Below are positions 12,235 through 24,310 of a stretch of DNA of 64,000 bases, piece by piece. The notes beneath the pieces were generated by a model. It did no database searches, was not told the origin of the DNA, and saw only the letters and a program-made list of their open reading frames with translations. Source of the stretch: Octopus vulgaris (Eukaryota). The stretch covers positions 24,862,001 through 24,926,000 of the forward strand of contig OX597829.1 of assembly GCA_951406725.2 (NCBI GenBank). The letters run 5' to 3'. Each line of letters begins with the position of its first letter. Position 1 is the stretch's first letter. Both the position numbers and the translations under genes were made by a program.

Positions 12235-13723
12235 AACACCATAGTCAACTGCTACAAAGGTAAAGGTGCTGCATTAGATAGGAATAATTACAGAGGTATC
12301 AAGTTGGATCAGGTAATGAAATTCATGAAAGTCAAGTGATGAAAGATAGCTCCACTAATTAGGGAGAGAGTTAGTTTAGATGAGATGCAATTTGGGTCTG
12401 TGCCAGGGAGAAGCACCACTGATGCTATATTTCTGGTAAGACAGCTGCAGGAGAAATTCCTAGCCAAAGATAAACCTCTATACTTGGCTTTCGTTGACAT
12501 GGAGAAAGCCTTTGACAGAGATCCCTATCCCTTACCTGGTGGTCAATACGAAAACTAGGGATAGATGAGTGGTTGGTGAGAGCTGTACAAGCTATATACA
12601 TGGATGCTGTCAGTATAGTGAAGAATTCTGTTTAGAAGTAGAGGTTCACCAAGATTCAGTTCTCAGACCCCTCTTATTCATCATAGTCTTCCAACTGTAG
12701 GAAAGGCATAACTAGAAACTCCATAAGATGTACCTTGTGTAAGCTATGGAAACATAAGAGGTGCAGCAATATCAAAAGAAGGTTAACTGGGAAGATTTTT
12801 TGCATGTGGTAGATGCACAGAGGCAATAAACACCAAAGATGTACATGAAACAGATTCCATCACATGCCAGTGGGAAAAACTAGAAGTAGTTGATAGCTTC
12901 TTTTACCTAGGTGACCAAGTCAGTAGTGGATACTCTGAGAGCATGGCTGCTAGAATAAGAATAGCCTGGGCTATGTTGCTGGTAATAAAGGGCCTCTCAT
13001 TCAGAGCGAAAGGTAGACTGTATGATACATGTGCCTGAACAGTCATGCTACATAGCAGTAAAACATGGGCTTTGACTGCTGATGACATGCATAGGCTTGA
13101 AAGAAATGAAGCTAGTGTGCTTTGCTGGATGTGTAGTGTCAGTGTGCATACACAACAGAGTGTAAGCAGCCTGAGAGAAAGTTGGATATAAGAAGTATCA
13201 GATGTGGTGTGCTAGAGAGATGACTGCACTGGAATGGTCATGTCTTACGTATGGATTAGTATAGCTGTGTGAAGAAGTGTCACACCTTAACAGTGGAGGG
13301 AACCTGTGGAAGAGATAAACTCAGGAAGACATGGGATGAGGTGGTAAAGCATGACCTTCGAAAGGCGATCGAGACCTTTGAGGATATACTGTGCTTGAGA
13401 AGACCCCGGCAAGCCAAGTGAGATCATAGCCATGGCCAATGCCAGTGTCATGTAACTGGCCTATTTAAAAGTATTCCTTCAATCATCGGGCTTGCTTGAG
13501 AAGACCCGTTGAGCCAAGTGAAATCATAGCTGTGGCCAATGCCAGTGCTGCCTGAATGGCTCCTGTGCTGGTGGCTTGTAAAAAACTCCATTCAAGCGTG
13601 GCAGATGCCAGTGCCACTGGGCTGGCATGTGCAAGCACCAGCTGTAGAAACCTTGCCAGTCCTCAATCAAACTGTCCAATCCATGCCAAAGATGGAAAGC
13701 AGATGTTAAATGATGATGATGAT
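12235..13723 (+). mobile_element. Decayed RTE LINE (RT domain to 3' tail, internal deletions)
   Basis: YKGKGAALDRNNYRGIKL and DEMQFGSVPGRSTTDAIFLVRQLQEKFLAKDKPLYLAFVDMEKAFDR, with stops and frameshifts. Ends in (GAT)n. Same family as 855-2203. Confidence 0.9.
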
Positions 13724-13726
13724 ATA

Positions 13727-14136
13727 TCTCTATATATAAATCTTTATGTATAAAAGTCAAGTTGTGTGTGTCTCCTATGATTTAGATTCCTAACTACTCC
13801 CACATTTTGTGGTGCAGCTTAACCAAAACCGGGTATCTTATAGTCGTGATTCATATCGAGCCCTTCTGAGTATTAGCGCATGTCTACGATGAGTCTACGA
13901 TTTAAAAAAAAATTTACCATCATTTTTTTCCATTTTAATGCATTTTTTCGCTATTATATAAGGGAAGTAACTCTCTAAAAATGTCTACGATGAGTCAACG
14001 ATTTTTAAAAAAATTTACCATAATTTTTTTCCCATTTTTAATGCATTTTTTTGCTATTTTTTGGCTATAACTCTCTAAAAATGCTTATATATTTATTTCC
14101 CTTACAAACCCGAGCAACACCGGGCGATACTGCTAG
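13727..14136 (+). mobile_element. Non-autonomous Helitron
   Basis: Begins A|TC..TATATATAAA. Ends with hairpin CCCGagcaacacCGGG, about 8 nt spacer, then CTAG|T. No TSD. Homologous to 41077-41838. Confidence 0.8.
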
Positions 14137-14199
14137 TATACATATAAATATATAACTATTATTTATGTGTGTGTGTATCTGTATTTATTTGTGTATATC

Positions 14200-14530
14200 A
14201 ATGTCTAAACATCATGTGATGGCTGTAAATGAGCATCATTGTCATAGAAGTGAGGATCTTCATTTCCAGCCTTCCATGACAAATATGTGACCAGGGAAAG
14301 TATTACGTTGCTTGGAAACAGGTGAGGGTTGGCAACAGGATGGGCATAGAAAATCTGCCACAAATTCCGTCCAAGCATGGGAAATATTACCTTGCTTGGA
14401 AACTGATGAGGGTTGGCAAAAAATCTGGTAGAAAATATTACCTTACTTGGAAACAGGTGAAGGTTGGCAACAGGATGGGCATTCGGTTGTAGAAAATCTG
14501 CCACAAATTTCATCCAACTTATCTAAGCAC
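14200..14530 (+). mobile_element. RTE-tailed SINE fragment with triplicated internal segment
   Basis: Three copies of attaccttgcttggaaacaggtgagggttggcaa. Related sequence at 33387-33820, 36225-36570 and 57320-57565. Confidence 0.55.
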
Positions 14531-14544
14531 GAGAATTTGATTGA

Positions 14545-15127
14545 TGCCATGTGGAGTTGCTTCTTGGGAACGAATTTTGCCAACACTCCCTGTATGCACA
14601 AATCCTCCGTTAAAATCGAATGCACTGATCCTGTGCTTATTTCTATTTCATGCACAATTTCCTGGATTGTTACACGACAATTATTGATGACTATTTGCCA
14701 AAACCTTCTCCGTCCGTTCTTCATTTCAGCTTGTGGATTGTCTGCCTGAGCATACCTCGCTTTCCACTGGGGTGCAGCAATATTTGAAGCAATTATACCG
14801 CTCCTTGATCTAAGTTTTGCCTATGCATCATTGCCAAAGGCCTGCTAAATCATCTTGAGCTTGAGTGTCTACAAGCTTTTGGCAAAACTTGATTCAACAT
14901 CTCAACTTAATGTATTTGTCATCTTACCTGAAAATAAAGATACAACAAGCATGCACTATATGTGTACACTCTATGTATAACAGGCACAAACTGATGTATC
15001 CTACTGGCTTGAAAATTTTCATGCATGTGCAGGAAAGATGGTGTCACTTCCTACTCAAAGGATTTTGCCCAAACAGAATTGGTTTTGATGTGGAAAAATA
15101 AAATTGGATTCTTTTTGAATGCATGTC
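14545..15127 (-). mobile_element. mariner transposon 5' remnant
   Basis: Minus-strand NCRVTIQEIVHEIEISTGSVHSILTEDLCIQGVLAKFVPK (mariner HTH plus WVP-like motif). TIR-like end near 15.1 kb. Confidence 0.75.
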
Positions 15128-15869
15128 ATATAATTATTTGTGTAAGAAAATCAATATCAAATTAAGTAGCAGGGTGATAAGTTTGCAAAATCGCTAGCAT
15201 GCTGGACAAAATGCTTAGCAGTATTTTCTCCATCTGTACATTCTTGAGTTCAAATTCTGCCAAGGTCAACTTTGCCTTTTATCCTTTCTAAGTTGATAAA
15301 ATAAGTACCAGTTCAACACAGGGATCAATATAATCAACTTACCCCTACCCCTAACTTGCTGGCCTTGTACCTAAATTTAAAACCAATATTAAATCAAACA
15401 ACAAAAATATATTTATTTCTTATAACATATGCTTTCCTCACATTGAGCAAGCTTCTCTATGCATATACAATGTGTGTGATGTTTCTAATTTAGGTACAAG
15501 GCCTGTTTTTTTTTTTTTTAGAAGGGAGTTATTTGATAATGAGGCCAAAGAATATGTCATTGTGATGTAGGATCTACAACTGGCGAATAGCTAGAAAGCA
15601 GAGCCCTGCTTTTTTTAAAGAAAGAAATGACTTAGAAATAGGAAACATGAAGTAGTCAGGTCTATGATGGACTCGTTAAAATGAGTGGATCCCACAAGGG
15701 GCTTCAGTTAAGGTTTCTTCTCTACAATGAAAGAAAACTTCATATATTCAGTACCATGGACACTGTTTGTATCTTGTATTTGTTGAAAATAAAAAAAATA
15801 AAGTTGCTATCTTTTTTTCACTTGCTGGGTCTGGAGGACTTTTATAGGCCCTTCTAGACCAGCGTGATC

Positions 15870-16060
15870 AATACCATTAATGTTCCTTTAAACTTTTATA
15901 AGTTAACATCTGCAGGAAGTACAACAGCAGGGAGGAAATTCCAGAAGGATAATGATCTGGAGTGGAAGGACTGGTCTTAGTGATTAGTGTTGAACTGGGG
16001 GTGGGATGGTAATGGACACAACAAGAATGATGAGAAATGAATTATTGAGAAAAATATCCT
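15870..16060 (-). mobile_element. CR1-like LINE 3' fragment
   Basis: Minus-strand SRSLSFWNFLPAVVLPADVNL*KFK fits the WNxLP...FK C-terminal motif of CR1-group ORF2. Confidence 0.5.
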
Positions 16061-17269
16061 AGTTGATAGCAAAGAATTATGGCCATATTCAAGCATGTGG
16101 CCCCCAGGAGTATGCTTTTATTATTTATTACAATTCATTCATCTGAATTGGATTCCTTATTTTTCACTATATATTTAAATTTAGATGATTAAGAGTACTG
16201 TTTTCATTTTTACATTTTCCTACTGTTTTATGAGCTGTAGCCTGTGTATTAAATACCCCACAATATTATTTCTATACATCTTCAATTTCTAGTTTCATCT
16301 CATTCCATATTAAAATTTATACACAAAAGAATACTGTTATTTATTTGATGAGCAGAATAAAAGCCAATTAATATAAGAGTTATTGTCTTCAATAGATTTA
16401 AATGCTTCTGCCAACTCTTGTTTCTCATTACTCTTTGTTTCAAGATGGCTCCCTGTCAGTTCCCAGCACCTTTTATACATTTTCTCTACTGGAGAGTTAC
16501 ATAGACAGCTGGGCTACTAATATAGGAGTTATTTCCCCTGCTTTCACATTCATGTCAGCATAACAATAATTAAAATGGGAAAATAATTACAAGTAAACTC
16601 ATATTTCAAATCTTTATCACTTTCAGTTTGCTACTTCAACAAATTATGATTTATTTTCTTAAATCAGGTTTTTATATAAAAATATACATTAAATTTTATG
16701 GAATCTACCACATACAATTTTAACATCTTTCTTTGTTTTATAAACATATGTATAGCCTTTATGGTTCTCTAGATTTCATTTTTTAAATTTTAGGAGAGCT
16801 GAAACAGTCCATACATGTCACTGAGCTTTTGGAATTATTCTGGTCAAGATGTAGAGGAAATCAAGATTCCATAAAGTTATTTAACATTTATTTAACACAA
16901 GAGTTAGCTCGTTTTGGAAATGGGAAAATTGTAGACTGTGTAATATAAGGAGACTGTCCTCACATTTCATAAAATGGTCTTACAGAAGTTGAGTAAAAGT
17001 CATTCAGTTTGGTTCCCTGAAAAAAGCTGTTCAGGGGTTCCCTAAACATATACTGTGTTCTTTGACAGAACTTCAGCAGTACAGATGTGACTGATTCACA
17101 AGATAGATGAGATATAGAGGGATATTGTATGGGATCAGGGGACATAGCCAATGTTGAGAGAACAACTAGATATAAAAAGAATTGTATGTAGTGTGCAAGA
17201 AAGAAGGCTGCACTGGTATGGTCACGTGATAGGCATGGATGCGTAAAGAAATTTCAATCACTTATGGTA

Positions 17270-18465
17270 TTAGGTTGTCTGGAAAGTTCTAAATCTTTTA
17301 ACGCTTCATTGAACACACCTAAAATGTAACACAGTTAAAACTTTGGTGTTGCTTGATGTGGTAGTGCATCTCTTCTTTGTTACTGACTAAAAATAGATTT
17401 ATCTTTCATTCCAGTTACTCTTTATTGACATTTGAAATGGATAACCAAAAATTTCATTTTTGCATTGTAATGCTTTTGCTTTTTTAAAAAAAGTGTAAGT
17501 GCAGCAAAGTCTTTCAAAAACATCTGGGAAGTTTATGGTGATGATGCTGTATCTGAATCAACTGTTCGAAGGTGGTTTGTAAAATTTAAAGCTGGAAAGT
17601 TTAGCTTGAAAGATCTTCAAAATTGGATGAAGATGCTTTGATGGCAAAAAATCAAAGAAAACTCAAATATCACAACTAGAAAATTTGCAGAAGAGTTGGA
17701 AGTTTCTAAAAGTATGGCGCATGAACACCTAGTGAAGCCAGGATACATCTCTCACTATAATGTATGGGTCCCTCACAAACTCTCAGAAAAGAATTGCTTG
17801 GACCAGTATTCTGTTTGTGATATGCTTTTGAAATGGAATGAAAGCATGCCTTTTTTGAAACAACTTGTGACTGGAGGTGAAAAATGGGTTGTGTATGAAA
17901 ATGTAGTACAAAAAAGATCGTGGAGTTTGCATAAGGATCTCCCAAAACAGCAACCAAAGATGTATATCTATACCAAAAAAGCTATGCTTTGTGTTTGGAA
18001 GGATCATAAAGGCATTATTTATTATGAGCTTCTCCCACAAAGCCAGACCATTAATTCTGATGTGTACTGTTGTCAGCTAGCTAATTTGAACCAAAAAAAT
18101 GCCTGACCACATTTATATTTGGCTACCCAAACAAAGTTACATGAACTTGGCTGGGATCTCTTGTCCCATCCACCATATTCTCCTGATATTGCACCATCCA
18201 ACTACCCTGCATTTTTGTCTCTACAGAACTTGTTGCAAAGAAAAACATTTAATGATTTAGACAGTTAAAGTGCATCTAGATAACTTTTTTTTCTTCAAAA
18301 CCAGTCAAATTTTATGCTAATGGAATATTTAAATTGCCTGATAGATGGGCAAACGTCATCAATAATAATGGAAATTATTTTATTGAATAAAATTTATTGA
18401 AGCGTCAATCATTTATATCTCATTTTGCATATTAAAAGACACTCAGAACTTTCTGGACAACATAA
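17270..18465 (+). mobile_element. Near full-length decayed mariner with TIRs and TA TSD, inserted into an RTE remnant (about 17100-18600)
   Basis: TA|TTAGGTTGTCTGGAAAGTTCT ... AGAACTTTCTGGACAACATAA|TA. Transposase pseudogene 17437-18390 has WVPHKL, VTGGEKW and HPPYSPDIAPSNY. The flanks rejoin as an RTE C-terminus. Confidence 0.92.
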
Positions 18466-19149
18466 TAGAGGAAGATTGTGGAAGAGGAAATTCAGGAAGA
18501 TGTGTGATGAAGTAGGGAAGATTGAATTCAGGAGGTTGAACCTTACAGAGGAAATGACAAAGGACTCGGATGACTGGAGATATGTGAAGCTCAAGCAGAT
18601 TGCTAATTTCAGTGAAACACAGACCCTAAAAGCAGAATATGTACATATATATACACACACTCTCTCTCTCTCTCACACACACACATGCATGCATGCACAC
18701 ACGTGCACGCATGCACACACACACACACACACACACACATGTATGAATATGTATAAAGTTAAAATTTACAGAAAACAAAAGACGCAGACAAGTGAGGGAA
18801 CCAGCCAGCAGATGTTTTAGTTTGACACTCAGGAAGGATGGAAGAGTTTTGATGTTACAAGCCAGTGCTCTTCGACAGAAAGGATTGAGTGGAAAAAATG
18901 AAGAGAGAACAAAAAAAAAAAAACAGTAAGAAAAAAATGTTTATGGATTAACAGTTCAACATGATGAAATGTGTGTGTGTGTGTGTGTGTGTATTGTTGG
19001 ATGGCTATTGACTATTCATGAGTTCTTCCATCCTTTGATGGTTTTATTTTTTGCTCCACAGGGTGTCCAACAATCACCCTCCTCACCAAGCTTGCTTGGT
19101 GAAGTTGCCAGTTTAGTCACCAATGACCTGATCATGCAACAGGTTGTAC

Positions 19150-20030
19150 TGGATTACATGTTACCAGTAGTGCTCAAGAGCTCCTAAATACATTAATTTT
19201 CTGCCTTTGAAAACAACTGGAAAGTAGGCTGAGCTTTTTATCAAGCTGCACTCAACACTTGATATCAGCGATGCTATTAAATCATCTTGGAAGGCTGTGC
19301 ATGATGCAATGCTCTCTGCATCCATAGAGGTTCTCAAACTTCCTATTTGTAAACATCAAGATTGGTTCAGTGATAACAACACAGATGTCCAGTAGTTGAT
19401 AGGTAAAATGCACAGCTCTCATAAAACATGGAACAGTGATAAGAGCTCAGAATCATGAGCTCTTATATGGCGCAGAATCATGGACACCCTACAGATAGCA
19501 CATTAACCAACCAGACATCTTCCACAAAGGCTGTCTCATGACAATCTGTGATTATTTGCTAAAAGACAGTGTTCCTAATGCTGACCTGTTTAGCAAGTGT
19601 AAGATTGATGGAACCAAGAGCTTTCTTATGCAGTCACAGTTGTGCTGGGCTGGCCATGTCATCAGAATGAGTGATGGAAGAATACCCAAAGTCCTCATGT
19701 ACAGCTAGCTTGATATTGGATGCAGGAATGTTGATCAACAACAGCTCAGATATAAGGACAAGCTGAAGAGTAACCTCTCAGCAGTCAATAGAGCTCATAA
19801 CACCTTCGAGCAAACAAAATGGAGATTGTTGTGTCAAAATGGTATAAGAAACTTTGTTGCAACCAGCATTAGCAGGCTTAGGAGTGCAAGGCAAAGGAGA
19901 AAAGCAGCTGCAAGCACACTGCATGCACTGACCCATAATCTTCATACTTTCAACATCTGTGGGCTTCTTTGCAAATTGTTAACAGGACTCAGATGTCACA
20001 TTCAACGTAAGCATTATGACTGACAAAGAA
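19150..20030 (+). mobile_element. Internally deleted RTE (BovB-like) LINE remnant
   Basis: KHQDWFSDNN, QLCWAGHVIRMSDGRIPKVLMY and RYKDKLK, plus a degenerate terminal C2H2-like segment ICGLLCKLLTGLRCHIQRKH. Confidence 0.75.
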
Positions 20031-20141
20031 AGAATAGGTTGTTAGATCCTCATATGTCAAGACTAACAGAAGTGTCTATCATACACACACACACATACAC
20101 ATCAACACATATATTTATACATACATATATAAATGTGTGTG

Positions 20142-20182
<41 letters not shown>

Positions 20183-20525
20183 GTAGCATCATCATCATTT
20201 AATGTCCATTTTCCATGCTGGTATGAGTTGTATGATTTGACTGAAAACTGTTAAGCTGGGGAGCTGCACCATGTTTTAATCTGATTTGGTATGGTTCCTA
20301 TTGCTGGATGCTTTTCCTAACATTAACCACTCCAAGAGTGTAGTGGTGCTTTTTACATGCCACTGGCATGGGTGCCAGTTACATAACACTTGGTTCGACA
20401 AGTCCTCAAAGAATGGTGTGTGTGTGTGTGTATAAGAAGGTATGTGTATATGTATACTTAATAATTGAATAATCCTAAATAAACTACATACAAGTAAACA
20501 CACTGATGAAATTAAATGAATTAAA

Positions 20526-21283
20526 AGGAGTGGCTGTGTGGTAAGTAGCTTGCTTACCAACTACATGGTTCCGGGTTCAGTTCCACTGCATGGCACTTTG
20601 GGCAAGTGTCTTCTACTATAGCCTCGGGCCGACCAAAGCCTTGTGAGTGGATTTGGTAGACGGAAACTGAAAAGAAGCCCGTCGTATCATCATCATCATT
20701 TAGCGCCGCTTTCCATGCTTTCCATGGACGGTTCAACTGGGGTCTGTGAAGCCAGAAGGCTGCATCAGGCCCAGTCTGATCTGGCAGTGTTTCTACGGCT
20801 GGATGCCCTTCCTAACACCAACCACTCCGTGAGTGCAGTGGGTGCTTTTTACGTGCCACCCGCACAGGTGCCAGACGGAGCTGGCAAACGGCCATGGACG
20901 GATGGTGCTTTTTACGTGCCACCGGCACGGGGGCCAGGCGAGGCTGGCAATGGCCACGAACGGATGGTGCTTTTACATGCCACCGGCACGGGGGCCAGGC
21001 GAGGCTGGCAACGGCCGTGTATATATGTATATATATATATGTATGTGTGTGTGTGTGTGTGTGTTAGTCTGTCTGTGTTTGTCCCCCCAACATCGCTTGA
21101 CAACCGATGCTAGTGTGTTTACATCCCCGTAACTTATCGGTTCAGCAAAAAGAGACCAATAGAATAAGTACAAGGCTTACAAAGGATAAGACCTGGGGTT
21201 GATTTGCTCAACTAAAAGGTGGTGCTCCAGCATGGCTGCAGTCAAATGACTGAAACAAGTAAAAGAGTAAAAGAGTAAAGAGT
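20526..21283 (+). mobile_element. tRNA-derived SINE (family 1) with an antisense RTE 3' end (about 20688-21017) in its central microsatellite
   Basis: A-box tggctgtgtggtaag, B-box ggttcagttcc, body cttgggcaagtgtcttctactatagcc..., tail ctgaaacaagtaaaagagtaaaagag. Confidence 0.85.
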
Positions 21284-21777
21284 ATGAACAAACCTTTAAG
21301 TGAAATAAACGAAGGAAGCCACTCATTAAAATCTAATAATGTGCATATGATGTATAGAGAATACTATCCCCATTAAATAGATGCAATTAATGAGATAAAA
21401 ATGCATATCAACCCCTAGCACCAAAAATAAAAAAATAATAAATTATACCATGAATTGAAATTCTTATAATTTCATCATGTAAATCAAAATAAAATAGGTA
21501 GATTTGGATACTGAAAATATATATTAGCAAATGTAAAATTGATGGAACCATGAGCTTTCTTATGCAGTTGCATTGAGCATTGGGTCACATGGAGGCAATA
21601 ACCGAGTCCATTTGACATTATGCTATGCTTGAGAAGACCCACCGAATCAAGTAAAACCAGTCGTGGCAGATATTGGTGTCGCACAAATGGCACATAAAAG
21701 TACCCGTTACATTCTCAAAGTGGTTGGTTTTTAAGAAGGGCATCCAGCCATAGAAACCATGCCAAAACAATCATTAA

Positions 21778-21937
21778 ATGATGATGATGATGATGATGAT
21801 GATAATGAAGAAGAAGAAGAAGAAGAAGAAGAAGAAGAAGAAGAAGAAGAAGAAGAAGAAGAAGAAGAAGAAGAAGAAGAAGAAGAAGAAGAAGAAGAAG
21901 AAGAAGAAGAAGAAGAAGAAGAAGAAGAAGAAGAAGA
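21778..21937. repeat. (GAT)n RTE tail followed by a long (GAA)n microsatellite
   Basis: Direct reading; follows an RTE 3' UTR fragment at about 21560-21780. Confidence 0.95.
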
Positions 21938-22109
21938 GAGTATGGGTATTTTACTCTTATAAAATGGGAAAAAGTTGCCTGAAGGTAGCTGTCTGAAGAA
22001 TTTCTAATAGGAGATACCTTCTACATGTACAATTTTGCAACTCCTATTAGGAAACAAAACGTGTGTAATGGTGAACAAACAATACCAAAAGTTTTTCTTG
22101 CTTTGATAC

Positions 22110-22264
22110 CAGCATGGTTGTGTTGTAAGAAGTTTGCTTCTCATCCACATGGTTCCAGATTCAGTCCCGCTGAGTGGTACCTTGGGCAAGTGTCTTCTAT
22201 CATAGCCCCAGGCTGACCAAAGTCTTGTGAGTGGATTTGGTAGACAGAAACTGAAAGAAGCTCG

Positions 22265-22302
<38 letters not shown>

Positions 22303-22503
22303 ATCTGTGTTTGTCCTGCACCACCACCTTGACAATTGGTGTTGGTTTGTTTGCGTTCCCATAATGTAGCAGTTTGGTAACAAGGGCCGATAGAATGAGT
22401 AGCAGACTAAAAAAAAGAAAAATACTGGGGGTCAGTTCAGTTGCCTAAATGTTCAAGGCAGTGCCCCAGCATGGCCACAGTCTAATGATCAAAAAGATAC
22501 AAA
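22110..22503 (+). mobile_element. SINE family 1 copy
   Basis: Same head, (GT)n centre and tail as 20526-21283. Confidence 0.8.
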
Positions 22504-22913
22504 GCACTCTACACTTTTAGAGTGGTTGACATTAGGAAGGGCATCCAGCTATAGAAACTATACCAAATCAGATTGGAACCTGGAGTAGCTTATCAGTTTT
22601 CAGTCAAACCATCCCATCCATGCCAGAAAAACGGACGTTAAATGATGATAATATATATATGTGTGTGTGTGTGTGTATATATAATGATGATGATGATATA
22701 TATATATATATATATGATTTTATTATCTTTTTTACTTGTTTCAGTCATTTGGCTGCGGTCATGCTGGAGCACCACCTTAATATTCTATGATTCCGTTTCT
22801 TTACTTGGGATATGAAAATAAAGTTTACAAAATATTATTGAATGTCTAAGTGGTGATTATTGAAAGCGAAAAGAAATCCCAAAGTTAATAGTTTTTTTTT
22901 TTTTTATGAGGAA

Positions 22914-23311
22914 GGCGGCAAGCTGGCAGAAACGTTAGCACGCCGGGCGAAATGCGTAGCCGTATTTCGTCTGCCGTAACGTTCTGAGTTCAAATTCCGC
23001 TGTGGTCGACTTTGCCTTTCCTCCTTTCGGGGTCGATTAAATAAGTACCAGTTACGCACTGGGGTCGATATAGTCGATTTAATCCGTTTGTCTGTCCTTG
23101 TTTGTTCCCTCTGCGTTTAGCCCCTTGTGGGTAGTAAAGAAATAGGTATTTCATCTGCCGCTACGTTCTGAGTTCAAATTCCGCCGTGGTCGACTTTGCC
23201 TTTCATCCTTTCGGGATCGATGAAATAAGTATCAGTTGTGTACTGGGGATCGATATAATCGACTTGCCCCCTCCCTCAAACTTTCAGGCCTTGTGCCCAG
23301 ATTAGAAAAGA
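22914..23311 (+). mobile_element. Meta-domain SINE dimer (tail-A copy joined to the 3' part of a tail-B copy)
   Basis: tRNA-like head ggcggcaagctggcagaaacg...gagttcaaattcc. Core gtcgactttgcctttcatcctttcggggtcgataaa.taagtaccag resembles the MetaSINE domain. Junction aaagaaata|ggtatttc at about 23144. Confidence 0.85.
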
Positions 23312-23339
23312 AAATTTTTTCATGATGGGGTTGACTTTC

Positions 23340-23410
23340 AAGCGAGAACATAATTGTATTTACACCGCCGACTGCTGAGACTATTGCTTGACATTGTTGA
23401 CATTCAGAAG
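23340..23410 (+). other. Candidate non-coding 5' exon / promoter region of MTRFR
   Basis: Unique CpG-retaining sequence ending AAG|GTAAAT (donor at 23411). The first coding exon has an acceptor 21 nt before its ATG, which suggests an upstream exon. Start boundary is uncertain. Confidence 0.3.
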
Positions 23411-24156
23411 GTAAATGCTTTGTTATGATTATCTACTTTAAATCTGTTGTGTTTTTCAGATGATATTTAATATATATACACTTACAAGTAAATATTGACA
23501 TGTTTCGCGAACTTTTTTACATTATGGATTGAGAACATTTTTTCGAAGAAATTATTCAAGTTTACATAATTTTATGTTATTGTGTGTTAAGCTATTTTGA
23601 CTCGCTACTTCAGAGGACGATTTAAATCTCATGACAAAATTAATTGTAAGATTTATTTGTATTCTTCTTCAAAATTACTTGCTCACTTTGCCTTAAACAA
23701 TTTCATATTTTCAAATTCACATTGGTTATTAGTTATGAGAGTAATTAATAATATGCAAGCAAACATTTTCATTTACAACTTACTTAAAAATAGGGTATCC
23801 CGTAATTGACAAATTACAAAATAGAAAAAGTTTTCAAAACTGAAAATAAACGGTCTGATTGTTTTGTACATGTACTGTTTCACGTGCGCATGCATGTGTA
23901 TACATTTGTGTACACAAATACTCGAAAATATGCATCTTTCTAAAGGTATTCAAATTGTGACCATGACCACGGTTGGAATGCTTTAAAATCGTCTCAACTG
24001 TGACCATTCCATCTTTTAAAAATGTTCCAAGTGTGACCATGTCTATTTTTGTTTTGTTATTTTTGTCACCCGAATCGCCCTTATCTCGCACCTTATATTT
24101 TTAAAAGATACATTGGATTATGTAATCTAGGACATGCTGCCCGAAAAATATCCATA

Positions 24157-24310
24157 TATGCATGTATACATACATACATACATACATACATACATACATA
24201 CATACATACATACATACATACATACATACATACATACACACACACACACGCACGCACACACACATACATACATACATACATGTATGCATGCATGCATTCA
24301 TACATACATA
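24157..24310. repeat. (TACA)n/(CA)n microsatellite
   Basis: Direct reading. Confidence 0.95.

Noticed and set aside
8403-16993. Possible plus-strand exons at 8403-8460 and from 16794
   Set aside because: Acceptors are plausible and phases compatible, but the donor is weak (GTACGA) and the peptide is unrecognisable. Insufficient without RNA data.
20840-21017. Regularly spaced repeats resembling a CRISPR array
   Set aside because: The whole unit repeats with no unique spacers, it lies in a LINE 3' UTR, the context is eukaryotic and there are no cas genes.
21759-21996. Poly-Glu and poly-Lys ORFs
   Set aside because: Translations of the (GAT)n(GAA)n microsatellite at an RTE tail; no splice or start context.
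22914-23005. tRNA gene
   Set aside because: A/B boxes are present but continue into a SINE body and tail with many dispersed copies; no clean cloverleaf.
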